Positions 27,297 to 39,344 are shown, numbered from the stretch's first letter. The stretch is DNA of 64,000 nucleotides from a virus (IMGVR_UViG_3300008262_000001), one strand, 5' to 3'. Numbers and translations: made by a program. The notes: a model not told the origin generated them from the sequence alone.

Positions 27297-28919
27297 TCAG
27301 GATTCTATAGAATCCCAAATGTCAATAATTGCTTTTGCAAAGACAGGTTCTTTTCCTGTCCAACCTGATAAAATTGCACCTCTATAAAGATTTTCTGGAA
27401 GAACTGAATTATCGTATCCAGCAACCTGAACAGAGAAGACATTTACTTTAGGATTCACCTTCTTTCTGTAAACTTCAACCATCTTTAAAACATCTACGTG
27501 TGTGGATGAACTAGTTGTTCCATAAGGAGATCTGCCAACAGTGTTTGAAAATCCGAAAAGACCACCGTGTCCCGCTTGCATATCAGAGTAAATGAAGACC
27601 GTATCGTAGTGAATCTTTTCTGTGATGGCTTGATCCCAAAATACCCAAATACCATTCTCAGTAGATCCCCCTTGCATTTTTCCTCTTTGTGATGTCTCTT
27701 CCAGTTGTGTGAGTAGACCATTTCTTTTAGAGATCTCTTCTAATGAAAGTTTATCACCAAAAACACCAACAAGACCTTGGTCTGCTTGCATTGCAGTAAT
27801 TAAAGAAGAAAGGTTTGCAATTTCTGCTACGGTAACTGATCCATATTCACTCTGACAAGATCCCCAAGCAGAACCTGAATTGTCAGACAGACAAGCAACT
27901 TTACCCTTAAGCTTAGGCATATTTGCTACTGCTATATCTAAGCATTCTTCTAAAGCATCAAGTATTAGTCTTTTGTTGTTTACTTCTTCTGAAGACTTAA
28001 CTGCTTTATAAGCTGACCAATATCTAAATGGGAATTGCTTTCCTTTCAAAACTCCAGATTTTAATCCATCTAGAATTTTAACGGTGGTATCAAGATCTGA
28101 TATCTCTTTGAAAATTCCTCTTAGGTTTTTCAGAAGAGCCATATGAGGAACTGTAATTTGCTTCAAAATCTCTTGCCAGTTTTTACCTGCAGACTTAAGA
28201 CTTTCCCAGGTCATTTCAGTTTCTAAAATATTGAGCTTACCAGTTGTCATAAGCTCACTGATGTCATCATTAGAAGCATGAGATATTCTTACTAGGTCAA
28301 TGAGTTTTTTGCCCTTGTACTTGTTGAGCTGATATCTGCTATACTCTTCTAATCTTTCCGCCCATGTACGTTTAATTAAGGATGGAAGCTTTGATTTTGT
28401 TCCATTCTTAAACATGTAATAGTCAAACTGGTTAGTTAAGTCATCAGGTCTTTCTGCAATTTTCTTCCCGATGTTTTTCATATAACCAGGATTCATCTCA
28501 TTAAAAGATTTCCTGCTCTCGTGAGAAAGTGCCCTAACAAATATAACCGAAGGGTTTAATCTCATAAGATATTCAGTCCTGAGTTCTAGGGCTAAGTCCA
28601 ATGTAGCTTGGAAATCAAAAGAAAGCGAATTGTCGATTGCCTGCTCAAAAACATCCACTGCAGATCTTTTATCTTTGAATAGATCCGGGAAAATTGAATG
28701 GTCTATAATCGTAGAGATATTTTTGATTGTAGCATTAGAATTGATCCCATCCCGATAATATTGAGGTTCTCCAAAAATCGAAGAAGCTGCTACAATTTTC
28801 AATGTTTGTAAAGGAGAAATCTTGTAAGATGTTCCTGACATGAAATTCTGAACTTTGTCTCCAGAGTTTTTTCTAGACAAAGCTGTTTCTTTAATACCAA
28901 ATTCGCTTAATTTAGACAT
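27297..28919 (-). CDS. rsr: Ro60-like TROVE + VWA RNA-binding protein
   Basis: 540 aa; LALELRTEYLMRLNP, VPHMALLKNLR, QFPFRYWSAY; VWA MIDAS ACLSDNSGS; FIYSDMQ. Confidence 0.9.
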   Translation of the reverse strand: MSKLSEFGIKETALSRKNSGDKVQNFMSGTSYKISPLQTLKIVAASSIFGEPQYYRDGINSNATIKNISTIIDHSIFPDLFKDKRSAVDVFEQAIDNSLSFDFQATLDLALELRTEYLMRLNPSVIFVRALSHESRKSFNEMNPGYMKNIGKKIAERPDDLTNQFDYYMFKNGTKSKLPSLIKRTWAERLEEYSRYQLNKYKGKKLIDLVRISHASNDDISELMTTGKLNILETEMTWESLKSAGKNWQEILKQITVPHMALLKNLRGIFKEISDLDTTVKILDGLKSGVLKGKQFPFRYWSAYKAVKSSEEVNNKRLILDALEECLDIAVANMPKLKGKVACLSDNSGSAWGSCQSEYGSVTVAEIANLSSLITAMQADQGLVGVFGDKLSLEEISKRNGLLTQLEETSQRGKMQGGSTENGIWVFWDQAITEKIHYDTVFIYSDMQAGHGGLFGFSNTVGRSPYGTTSSSTHVDVLKMVEVYRKKVNPKVNVFSVQVAGYDNSVLPENLYRGAILSGWTGKEPVFAKAIIDIWDSIES

Positions 28920-28945
28920 GAGAGTTGTGGTTTAAATTACACAAT

Positions 28946-28986
28946 AAAAAAGGATCTAGAATGTGAAAAATCTCACACTTAGATCC
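28946..28986 (-). terminator. Strong terminator-like hairpin between the Y-RNA-like array and the TROVE start
   Basis: GGATCTA-AGTGTGA-GATTTT-TCACATT-C-TAGATCC-TTTTTT. Confidence 0.7.
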
Positions 28987-29015
28987 CAGAATTTTTATGA
29001 CTATTGCTAGTCTTT

Positions 29016-29091
29016 AAAAAAAATCCGAGAATATTAGTTTTGGGTTTTTTTCGATAATAAGTGAAGTATCCCAAAACACCGCTTCAGATTT
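29016..29091 (-). ncRNA. Y-RNA-like ncRNA B (minimal form, 3' U tail)
   Basis: AAATCTGA/TCGGATTT stem, AGCGGT internal loop, GTTTTGGG/CCCAAAAC stem, ATACTTCAC motif shared with RNA A; adjacent to the Ro60 gene. Confidence 0.6.
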
Positions 29092-29104
29092 AGTTATTTC
29101 TTTG

Positions 29105-29320
29105 TTTCTTGAGAAATCTTTAAAAGGGATTGCTAATTACGTTAGCTAGTCGTACCCTAATTTCTAGGCCGGTATAATGACCCGATCTACTGTGGTTTTC
29201 CTTTGCAGGCGTTTTTTCTGTAGCACTACTAAAACCTTTGTGCCTTGTACTAATCTTGGGGATTAATACTCAGCTTTTTTTGCGTAATTGTGGAGTATCC
29301 TTCTAAACCGCTTCAAGAAA
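29105..29320 (-). ncRNA. Y-RNA-like ncRNA A (about 216 nt) with multi-branched, pseudoknotted inner domain
   Basis: TTTCTTGA/TCAAGAAA, AGCGGT loop, TTAGAAGGAT/ATCCCTTTTAA, ATACTCCAC, AATTACG/CGTAATT; inner hairpins and GGTTTT/AAAACC pairing. Confidence 0.6.
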
Positions 29321-29351
29321 AAAAGAATAAGAAATGAAAGAACGTTTTATT

Positions 29352-29380
29352 TTGATACCGCTAATGTAATACAAAGTTTC
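29352..29380 (-). promoter_or_regulatory. GAAAC-N18-TATCAA promoter candidate for the Y-RNA-like array
   Basis: GAAAC 29380-29376, TATCAA 29357-29352; boxA-like GTTCTTTCA follows at 29343-29335. Confidence 0.45.
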
Positions 29381-29693
29381 AATTTAGATTCTCCTGGAGG
29401 AAAATTTTTATTTGATCTTCTGATTTTACTCCTGAAAATCTAGCAACTTCTTTACCCTCACTGGTGATCACACATGTTGGAATATTTTTAATTCCAAACT
29501 TTTTAGTTGTTAGTTGAGCCTCTCCAACATCTGCCTTTACGAAATTGAAATCGTTTTGAAATTCTTCTGACACTTTCTCCAATGTTGGTTTTATAATTTT
29601 GCAAGGTCCACACCAATCTGCAGAAAATAGGATAAAAGATTTCTGTGAAGAATCAATTACTTTTTCTAGTTCTTGGTCTTTAAGACTATTCAT
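29379..29693 (-). CDS. trxA: Thioredoxin
   Basis: FSADWCGPCK, FGIKNIPT; start re-assigned to MNSLKD. Confidence 0.92.
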   Translation of the reverse strand: MNSLKDQELEKVIDSSQKSFILFSADWCGPCKIIKPTLEKVSEEFQNDFNFVKADVGEAQLTTKKFGIKNIPTCVITSEGKEVARFSGVKSEDQIKIFLQENLN

Positions 29694-29748
29694 TTTGTTT
29701 GAGTTATTTAGTAGTCTATATAACCTCAAAGACTTTGAACTTCAATCT

Positions 29749-30024
29749 TTATTCACTTATTTTTTCGTCAATTTCACTTAAAGACGGACCTGATAAATCG
29801 ATTTCACTACTTGGATTTACGTTTAATTTTTTTGTGAAATCGCTAGATATTTCTAATGATTCATTTTCCGATCTAATCTCAGAAACTGCACCTCCTTCTG
29901 AAGATTTATTTTGGCTTTGAATCATCTCCATGAGTTTTTTCATCTTAGTTTTTGACAAGCCTTTTGGTTTAGGTGTATGTTTTACCTTTTTACCATTTTT
30001 CTTTCTTACTCTACTTTTAGGCAT
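29749..30024 (-). CDS. Hypothetical protein with very basic N-terminus
   Basis: MPKSRVRKKNGKKVK. Confidence 0.65.
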   Translation of the reverse strand: MPKSRVRKKNGKKVKHTPKPKGLSKTKMKKLMEMIQSQNKSSEGGAVSEIRSENESLEISSDFTKKLNVNPSSEIDLSGPSLSEIDEKISE

Positions 30025-30030
30025 AAATTT

Positions 30031-30528
30031 TTATTTTATTTTGTAGTAAATTTCTAAAAATTGTTTCTTGGCTGTTTCTGAATCCATTGATTGAAAGTTG
30101 TCGCTCAGTACTTTATTTTCCCATTCAAAAAATAAGGCCTCCCTATCATAAAGCTTTACTTCATCACAAAGAGGATAATCAAATCCAAATTTTTTACCGA
30201 TAACCTTCATGAGCTTATCCTCAACCTCCAAGTATTGTGGAATCTCGTCTTTTATGGGTTTTGGTAAATCAATTAAGTATGCTTCACTGGCATCATGTAA
30301 TAAAGCTTGTAAAGCGTGCTGTTTTGAGACTTTTTCTGAAACCCAAATGGAATGTTCAGCAACTGAATAAAAGCTCTTTATATGTCCTGCAAATCTGCAT
30401 AACAGGGATAATGAATGAGCAATATCTATTATCTCAAGATGATCAGGATTAGGGTCAAAGACATCAAAATAATGACCACTATAAGTTCTGATTAATCTAC
30501 CTGCAAAAAGTGGGTCCATGTTCATCAT
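30031..30528 (-). CDS. HD-domain 5'-deoxynucleotidase (YfbR/YfdR-like); start uncertain
   Basis: DIAHSLS..CRFAGH, YSVAEHS, ALLHDASEAY. Confidence 0.85.
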   Translation of the reverse strand: MMNMDPLFAGRLIRTYSGHYFDVFDPNPDHLEIIDIAHSLSLLCRFAGHIKSFYSVAEHSIWVSEKVSKQHALQALLHDASEAYLIDLPKPIKDEIPQYLEVEDKLMKVIGKKFGFDYPLCDEVKLYDREALFFEWENKVLSDNFQSMDSETAKKQFLEIYYKIK

Positions 30529-30553
30529 AGTAAATTGCTTGATATATAGTTTC

Positions 30554-31297
30554 ATGATAAAGAGGTTTGCAGATTATCTTAATGAATCACAAGGAATGAA
30601 GCCTGAAGACTTTGATCTAGATACAAGATTTGACTGGGTTCCTGAGATTATGGACAAAATAGAAAAAGTAGTTTTAAAAGCTGAAAAAATCCAAAAAGAC
30701 TACTCATATAATGGCAGGAAAAATTCAGATTCTTTTGAATTTAACATCAAGACTAGAACTTGGCCAGAATTTGAGAAGCTCCGGAAAACATATAATGTTG
30801 ACCTTGATTACATCTATCAAATGTGGGATACTTTTCTTTCTGACAATCTTCAAATACAAGCGGACGATATAATTGACTCATCTAGATTTTTTGAGGCCTG
30901 GAGTCAAGCGGGGAGAAGTGGAGGTTGGCTTTTTCTCAAATATAGGGATTACTTATTTGATGAACCCGAAGATTGGATCCAAGAAAGAGTAAATCATCTA
31001 AACGACCTGACCGAAGAAATCAGCGAAGAGGATTTTGAGCTTTATCAAGAGCTTAAACAAGCATCCAATCCAGCATATAGATTTCTAAGAAGAATAGGAA
31101 CTGAACCGGTATCACAAGACATAATATCTGCTGAAGAGGAAAGCAACAATGTTAAAGTTATTCTTGATGGATATTACAAGAGATTAGTTTTTTTAGAAAA
31201 AGAGCTTGAGAAGGTTAAAAATAGAATTGATACTTTTTGGGAAGATGTAGAAGTGGATTTCGAGCAATTCTTGGAGTCAAATATCCAACAAGATTAA
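30554..31297 (+). CDS. CTS-like late hypothetical protein
   Basis: MIKRFADYLNES; GATATATA 30541-30548. Confidence 0.7.
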   Translation: MIKRFADYLNESQGMKPEDFDLDTRFDWVPEIMDKIEKVVLKAEKIQKDYSYNGRKNSDSFEFNIKTRTWPEFEKLRKTYNVDLDYIYQMWDTFLSDNLQIQADDIIDSSRFFEAWSQAGRSGGWLFLKYRDYLFDEPEDWIQERVNHLNDLTEEISEEDFELYQELKQASNPAYRFLRRIGTEPVSQDIISAEEESNNVKVILDGYYKRLVFLEKELEKVKNRIDTFWEDVEVDFEQFLESNIQQD

Positions 31298-31959
31298 AGA
31301 ATTCCTAAATCTATCCAATCTTGATACCAATTTCCAGATTGAGATTCATCTAAACTTGACTTTACAACCACATCATTATTTTTAAAGTACACGGTGTTGT
31401 CCTCAAAGATATCATTAACAAGAATCTTATGTACTTTCAATCTGAATGACAAATAAGCTCCAAAAGGATCTAACTCACAAACCTTTTCACCCTCAGTACG
31501 AACGAAAACACCAGTGAAAGAATTTTCTCCGATAGTCCTATTCAGAATATCCTCAACATAAACACGATTTTCGGTGTTTATAATATCCAGGTTTGGATTA
31601 TTTGTTTTTTCTAATTTTCCGTTATTGACTTTCCACCAAAGATTGGATGATTCTTCACAAATCCAAACGGGTAAAATGTGGGAAAGTTTAATTAAAAAAG
31701 ATGCTTGTAAATTCCTAGGATTGTAAAATGAATCTATAAAATCTCCTCTATCTTTGGAAAGCATTTTGTATTTTCCTTCATAGATTGCACAAGGATCTCT
31801 GTTTTCATCTAATAAAAAACCATCTATGTCCCAAAGACAGAAATTGCCAGGCAAACAAGTTCTGTGTCCTTCCGAAAAAGCATTTGATTTTCCCCAGTTT
31901 CTTTGTCTAACCATTAAACTATAATTGCTCTTTCTCCCTCTACTATCACATCTGAACAA
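31294..31959 (-). CDS. Hypothetical protein, possible restriction-endonuclease-like fold
   Basis: WDIDGF...IYEGKYK resembles D...ExK spacing. Confidence 0.45.
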   Translation of the reverse strand: MFRCDSRGRKSNYSLMVRQRNWGKSNAFSEGHRTCLPGNFCLWDIDGFLLDENRDPCAIYEGKYKMLSKDRGDFIDSFYNPRNLQASFLIKLSHILPVWICEESSNLWWKVNNGKLEKTNNPNLDIINTENRVYVEDILNRTIGENSFTGVFVRTEGEKVCELDPFGAYLSFRLKVHKILVNDIFEDNTVYFKNNDVVVKSSLDESQSGNWYQDWIDLGIL

Positions 31960-32120
31960 AAGCCTTGCAAGACAAGATAGGGCTGAGTTTTATTCCTTTT
32001 AGTTTCACATTTCACTTTACATTCAACATCACGAATTGGTATACACTGACCTCTGAAGTGAACAGTCATACCTCCCGTTTGTTTCCTATAGTGAAAGAAA
32101 AATCTATATTTGCTAGGCAT
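31914..32120 (-). CDS. Small hypothetical protein
   Basis: 68-aa ORF overlapping the next gene; FFFHYRK...QPYLVLQG. Confidence 0.6.
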   Translation of the reverse strand: MPSKYRFFFHYRKQTGGMTVHFRGQCIPIRDVECKVKCETKRNKTQPYLVLQGFCSDVIVEGERAIIV

Positions 32121-32160
32121 AAATTTTTTACACTAGAAGCTAATAAAGTTTCGTTTCTAA

Positions 32161-32415
32161 TTAATAATTCGAAGGAAGCATACCCGCTTCATAACGGCTT
32201 TTGCCGTTCTTAAGAAGGAATTCAAGCTCTATCCACTGGTTTTTAGTCAACCTTTTTTTACTTGTGACTTTATCCCAAAGACTAGAAAAGAATTTATTTG
32301 TGCGGTATTTGAAATGCAAAAAATCCCAAAGTCTTTGATAATAAGCAACTTCAGAATCAGAGAAATCCTTGTATTTTGATTGTCCCGAATTTTCAAAGAG
32401 TTTGATGTGTTTCAT
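32161..32415 (-). CDS. CTS-like small protein
   Basis: MKHIKLFENS; ATGA overlap with upstream gene. Confidence 0.7.
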   Translation of the reverse strand: MKHIKLFENSGQSKYKDFSDSEVAYYQRLWDFLHFKYRTNKFFSSLWDKVTSKKRLTKNQWIELEFLLKNGKSRYEAGMLPSNY

Positions 32416-32846
32416 GTTAAACCTAATATTTTCGGAGAAAGCTCATAAAAGTTAGAAAGAAAGTCATGAGCCAAAGCTTGATTGATTTCTACTAATTCTA
32501 TACCATCTTCCCAGTCTCTCAGACCTTTTCCTATCTGTAAATTTTTGATGTTGTTATTTACAAACTGTACCATGTCCTCATCATCGGGATCATAATTTTC
32601 CCAATCATATTCCCAATCAGGATCTCCGTCTTCATCAGTACCATAATAGATTTTTTCAACATCTGCATATTCACCAAAATCTTTCTTATCAAAATCTGAA
32701 TAATAAAAAGCCCAAAGCTTGTTGGTCTTCTTATCTTTTAAAATCAGAAAGTCTCCTTTAGAAACACGCTTGACAAATTCGAAGGATTCAGGTCTATCGG
32801 AAGATTCATTTTCTAGAATAAAACTGCTGAACTTTTTAATTTCCAT
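32412..32846 (-). CDS. CTS-like acidic protein
   Basis: MEIKKFSSFILENES. Confidence 0.7.
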   Translation of the reverse strand: MEIKKFSSFILENESSDRPESFEFVKRVSKGDFLILKDKKTNKLWAFYYSDFDKKDFGEYADVEKIYYGTDEDGDPDWEYDWENYDPDDEDMVQFVNNNIKNLQIGKGLRDWEDGIELVEINQALAHDFLSNFYELSPKILGLT

Positions 32847-32849
32847 GTA

Positions 32850-33200
32850 TTATTTATCCAAAGAAGATCTTGCTTTCTCAATTCGATCTATCTCAAGAAT
32901 TTGGTCCTCTAAAATGGGTAAGATCTTTTCTAAAAAACTTTTATTAGGAATTCCGTAAATAACTCCTAAACTGGAACCTTGGAAATAAACTTCTGTGGAA
33001 GGTGAATCACAACAGGGATCTTCTTTAACTTCGTAAGTGAAAATACCAGAGAAATCTGTGTGATTGAAATTTTTCTCGAGGTATTGTAAACTTATATCAC
33101 TTACACTTCTGGTATTGACAATGAGGTTGATTTTTTTTGTCTTAGGAGGGAAATTAAAACTAAGCAAACAAACGGAGAGAAGTAAAAAAATATATTTCAT
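32850..33200 (-). CDS. Exported hypothetical protein
   Basis: N-terminal signal-like MKYIFLLLSVCLLSF. Confidence 0.55.
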   Translation of the reverse strand: MKYIFLLLSVCLLSFNFPPKTKKINLIVNTRSVSDISLQYLEKNFNHTDFSGIFTYEVKEDPCCDSPSTEVYFQGSSLGVIYGIPNKSFLEKILPILEDQILEIDRIEKARSSLDK

Positions 33201-33201
33201 C

Positions 33202-33234
33202 TTTTTTATAAATTTTAGTGCAATTTATAAAAAA
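33202..33234. repeat. 13-bp AT-only inverted repeat (terminator-like)
   Basis: TTTTTTATAAATT-N7-AATTTATAAAAAA at the end of the fibre operon. Confidence 0.5.
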
Positions 33235-33242
33235 AATTCGAT

Positions 33243-35921
33243 TTAGTTAATAAAAGTATAAGAAGCACCACCTGCACCGAAATCTGGCTCAGAATAAACC
33301 CCAACAAGATTAGAGAAAAACACTCCTCCTCTACTATCATTAACTGAACTTGTATCCCAATCATCAACATTTACCCATCCATTAGTTCCATCACATTGTA
33401 CAAAAAATTCTAATACAGTATCTAACGGAACTGCAGAAACAGTATAGCTTAATTGTTGCCAAACACCACCTGTTGAAGATGCTGTTGCAACAACAGTATC
33501 TTCTAAATTACTTGACATACTATTGAATCGATAAACCAATTCTGGGTTAATCCCGTTATATTGGACTCCATCTGCCAATGTAGATAATCTTACCCAAACA
33601 GATACTGTGCTTGACTCTCCTGCTACTACAGGAATTCTTACAGTGTTACTTGCCAAAATTCCATATCTAAAAGCGGGGGTCAATCTTGTTGATGGAGCTG
33701 AAGTTCTAAATATAGTTGTGTCTGTTGAAATATTTCCAAGGTTTGTGTAAATTGTGTTACTTCCTGTTACACCATTCTCTTTAAAAACTTGTATTCCTTG
33801 TATGTATGGTGTTCCCTTGAAGAAATTGTTTCTTGAATTTACAGTTCCAAAAAATTGTGGATTTGAGACCATAAGATTTCCACCTCTAGTATAGTCTGAA
33901 CGGAAAATTGAAGTGCTAAAGGCATTTGTTCCACCTGTTGGAGAAATTGCAAAAGAACAGTCAACGAAGTGCATATAATCTGTGTATGATGGAACCTGAC
34001 TTGCTTGTGGATAAACAGCACTTGCAACAGTAACGTTCCTGTCTCTCCAAAGGTAACAATCTTTAAAAATAACTCTATTAATGAGATTGGTGTAAGTTAT
34101 TAAAGAATTACTCGATCCAAAAATGTAAGCAGAATCAAAAGTTATTTGTGAGGAAGAATAAAGCATGTCATAATTGACAAAAGTTATTGCTGTTCCTCCA
34201 GCATTATAGAAGACCCTCCATCCTGGAATAGTTAAGACACTTTTATCCGAAAATTCACTCGCAACTGTTGCTGAAACTCCAAATTGTGCACCAAAAGAAC
34301 CATTCGAATATATTCTCCAGTTATCAAAAATAGTATTAGTACCAATAGGATAGCATCTTGCTGTGCCAGACGAATATGTATTTAAAATCACTCCAGTACT
34401 GGAGGAGGAGGTAAATATATTTCCATCACTAGATCCAATCCAGTATTGAACAAAACAGCTTCCGTTTCTTACAAAGAAATTGTTCCTCCAAGTTAAACTA
34501 TCAACACCGGCTACAGCAAGAAGAGTTATTCCTGCTCCGCTGTAATTGTAGATAACATTATCGGAAAAAATAAGGGAGGATCCAGTACCTGCCACTGATG
34601 TACCAAGATAAAATCCAAGACCTGAAGCGAGGGGGGTTGATTGGTAAAACGAGCAATATCTAATTTCAACACTCATATCTTGAGCATTTCCTGTATTGGT
34701 CCCAACACTAACTCCTGCTGTTGTCGCTGCTGTTCCTGCACATTGCAAAAACTGCGTGTATTTACAGTTAACAACAGTATTTTGTCCGGTGATTTGTACA
34801 TTCGTTGAAAGTGTAGTAGTAGCCCCAACAGTAATAATTACATTTCTATTTAGGTTTGCTATATCTGCTTCAGTCCATGAACTTGAACTTCCTGAATGTG
34901 CATTGGTCAATGCTGCAATTGAAGCAGTTGTTGAACTAACTCCAGAAGCAAGGTTTTTTATCTCAGCTTGAGCAGCAGTTGTAGATGTTGAAGCTAAAAC
35001 GATAGTCTCTCCGGATTTCCAGTTAGTTGGAGTTGCACTTAGTGTTATTGATGTTGCACCAGCAGAAGCATCTGCAGCTAATTTAATTCCTGTGCTTTTT
35101 TCTTCCCCATAAGTTATAAAAGTTCCTCCACTTATAAAAAGACTGAATTGATTGGCTGAAGTAACATTTAGCTCTAATCTTGCAAATCCACCATTAGGAA
35201 TCGGATTCGTTGAATCTCCCATTTTTAAAGTGCCCCCACTAGTGACGAACATGTTACCACTCAACCTAAGTATGTAAGTTGCTGCTGTTGTGGGATATTG
35301 AAGAGTGCCTTTTGTTGCTATGTAGATCTGGCCATACACAGTTGCACTGGATGTTTGGTTCATCGTCACCGCATATGAGTTACTAGTTCCCGCCCCAGTG
35401 TAATTTCCAGCAATAATTAATACGTCAGTAGCTGCTGGAGCTGCATTAGTAGTTGTAACTAATCCCCTGCTCCAGTTTGTTGTCCCTGACGTGTATACTG
35501 TAATTTGGTTTGCAACAGAGGTAGAGAGTCTTACTGCATAGTTAGTTGCTGCTAATAATGTTATATCAGAAGCAAATTTGAAATAAGCCCACCCTAAACC
35601 TCTCGCTCCCGTTCTAGTACTCAGAACAGCGGGAAGATCCGAAACGTTAACAGTTACAGTTGCACCAGCAACTGCTGCACCAGCAGTCGTGTTAAACAAA
35701 GCAACAGTAAAAGTTCCGGAAGGACTTGTAGTTGTGTTTAATATTTGTATAAGAATTCCAGAAGTTGTAATTGCACCAGGAGTAAAAGCTGTTGAGTTAG
35801 TTGGGGTAGTTGTGACTGTTCCTGGGGCAACAACTGAATCCAAAAAAGAAGCTGCATTCACAACGTCCCAAGTTGAAGCATCTAGAAAATTACCGCTTTG
35901 TACAGAGACCAGAGTTGCCAT
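33243..35921 (-). CDS. Large virion beta-helix / G8-like protein (fibre or receptor-binding)
   Basis: Thr/Ser/Gly/Ala-rich beta-strand repeats; N-term SVQSGNFLDASTW; pectin-lyase-like middle region. Confidence 0.6.
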   Translation of the reverse strand: MATLVSVQSGNFLDASTWDVVNAASFLDSVVAPGTVTTTPTNSTAFTPGAITTSGILIQILNTTTSPSGTFTVALFNTTAGAAVAGATVTVNVSDLPAVLSTRTGARGLGWAYFKFASDITLLAATNYAVRLSTSVANQITVYTSGTTNWSRGLVTTTNAAPAATDVLIIAGNYTGAGTSNSYAVTMNQTSSATVYGQIYIATKGTLQYPTTAATYILRLSGNMFVTSGGTLKMGDSTNPIPNGGFARLELNVTSANQFSLFISGGTFITYGEEKSTGIKLAADASAGATSITLSATPTNWKSGETIVLASTSTTAAQAEIKNLASGVSSTTASIAALTNAHSGSSSSWTEADIANLNRNVIITVGATTTLSTNVQITGQNTVVNCKYTQFLQCAGTAATTAGVSVGTNTGNAQDMSVEIRYCSFYQSTPLASGLGFYLGTSVAGTGSSLIFSDNVIYNYSGAGITLLAVAGVDSLTWRNNFFVRNGSCFVQYWIGSSDGNIFTSSSSTGVILNTYSSGTARCYPIGTNTIFDNWRIYSNGSFGAQFGVSATVASEFSDKSVLTIPGWRVFYNAGGTAITFVNYDMLYSSSQITFDSAYIFGSSNSLITYTNLINRVIFKDCYLWRDRNVTVASAVYPQASQVPSYTDYMHFVDCSFAISPTGGTNAFSTSIFRSDYTRGGNLMVSNPQFFGTVNSRNNFFKGTPYIQGIQVFKENGVTGSNTIYTNLGNISTDTTIFRTSAPSTRLTPAFRYGILASNTVRIPVVAGESSTVSVWVRLSTLADGVQYNGINPELVYRFNSMSSNLEDTVVATASSTGGVWQQLSYTVSAVPLDTVLEFFVQCDGTNGWVNVDDWDTSSVNDSRGGVFFSNLVGVYSEPDFGAGGASYTFIN

Positions 35922-36129
35922 TATTCAATTACTATTTGTGTTAAAGTTTGATCTGGATATAAATTCAAAGCTATCTCTCTTACTCTTTCTTCCATTTCTA
36001 TTGTAGTGTATGGTTGGCTAAAAATTACACCAGATAAACTAAATTGGAGTTGATTGTTTTCGTCGTCAGAAAAATTAAGATCAAAGAAATCATCATTACC
36101 AACACACCTTTTATTTATTAAATATGCTA

Positions 36130-36133
<4 letters not shown>
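35921..36133 (-). CDS. Small protein coupled to the beta-helix gene
   Basis: 70 aa, TAATG overlap. Confidence 0.6.

Positions 36134-39344
<3,211 letters not shown>

Noticed and set aside
29141-29210. Resemblance of GGAAAACC...CCGGCCTAG to the c-di-GMP-I riboswitch, and of the pseudoknot to the pistol ribozyme
   Set aside because: GAAA tetraloop/receptor, GCAAA junction order and pistol conserved linkers do not fit; kept as an unknown domain
29357-29362. Third AGCGGT as a third Y-like RNA
   Set aside because: No flanking stems or ATACT motif; lies in the promoter spacer
30031-30528. DatZ / 2-aminoadenine (Z-genome) pathway
   Set aside because: Motifs fit generic YfbR/YfdR HD nucleotidases and no PurZ is in the window
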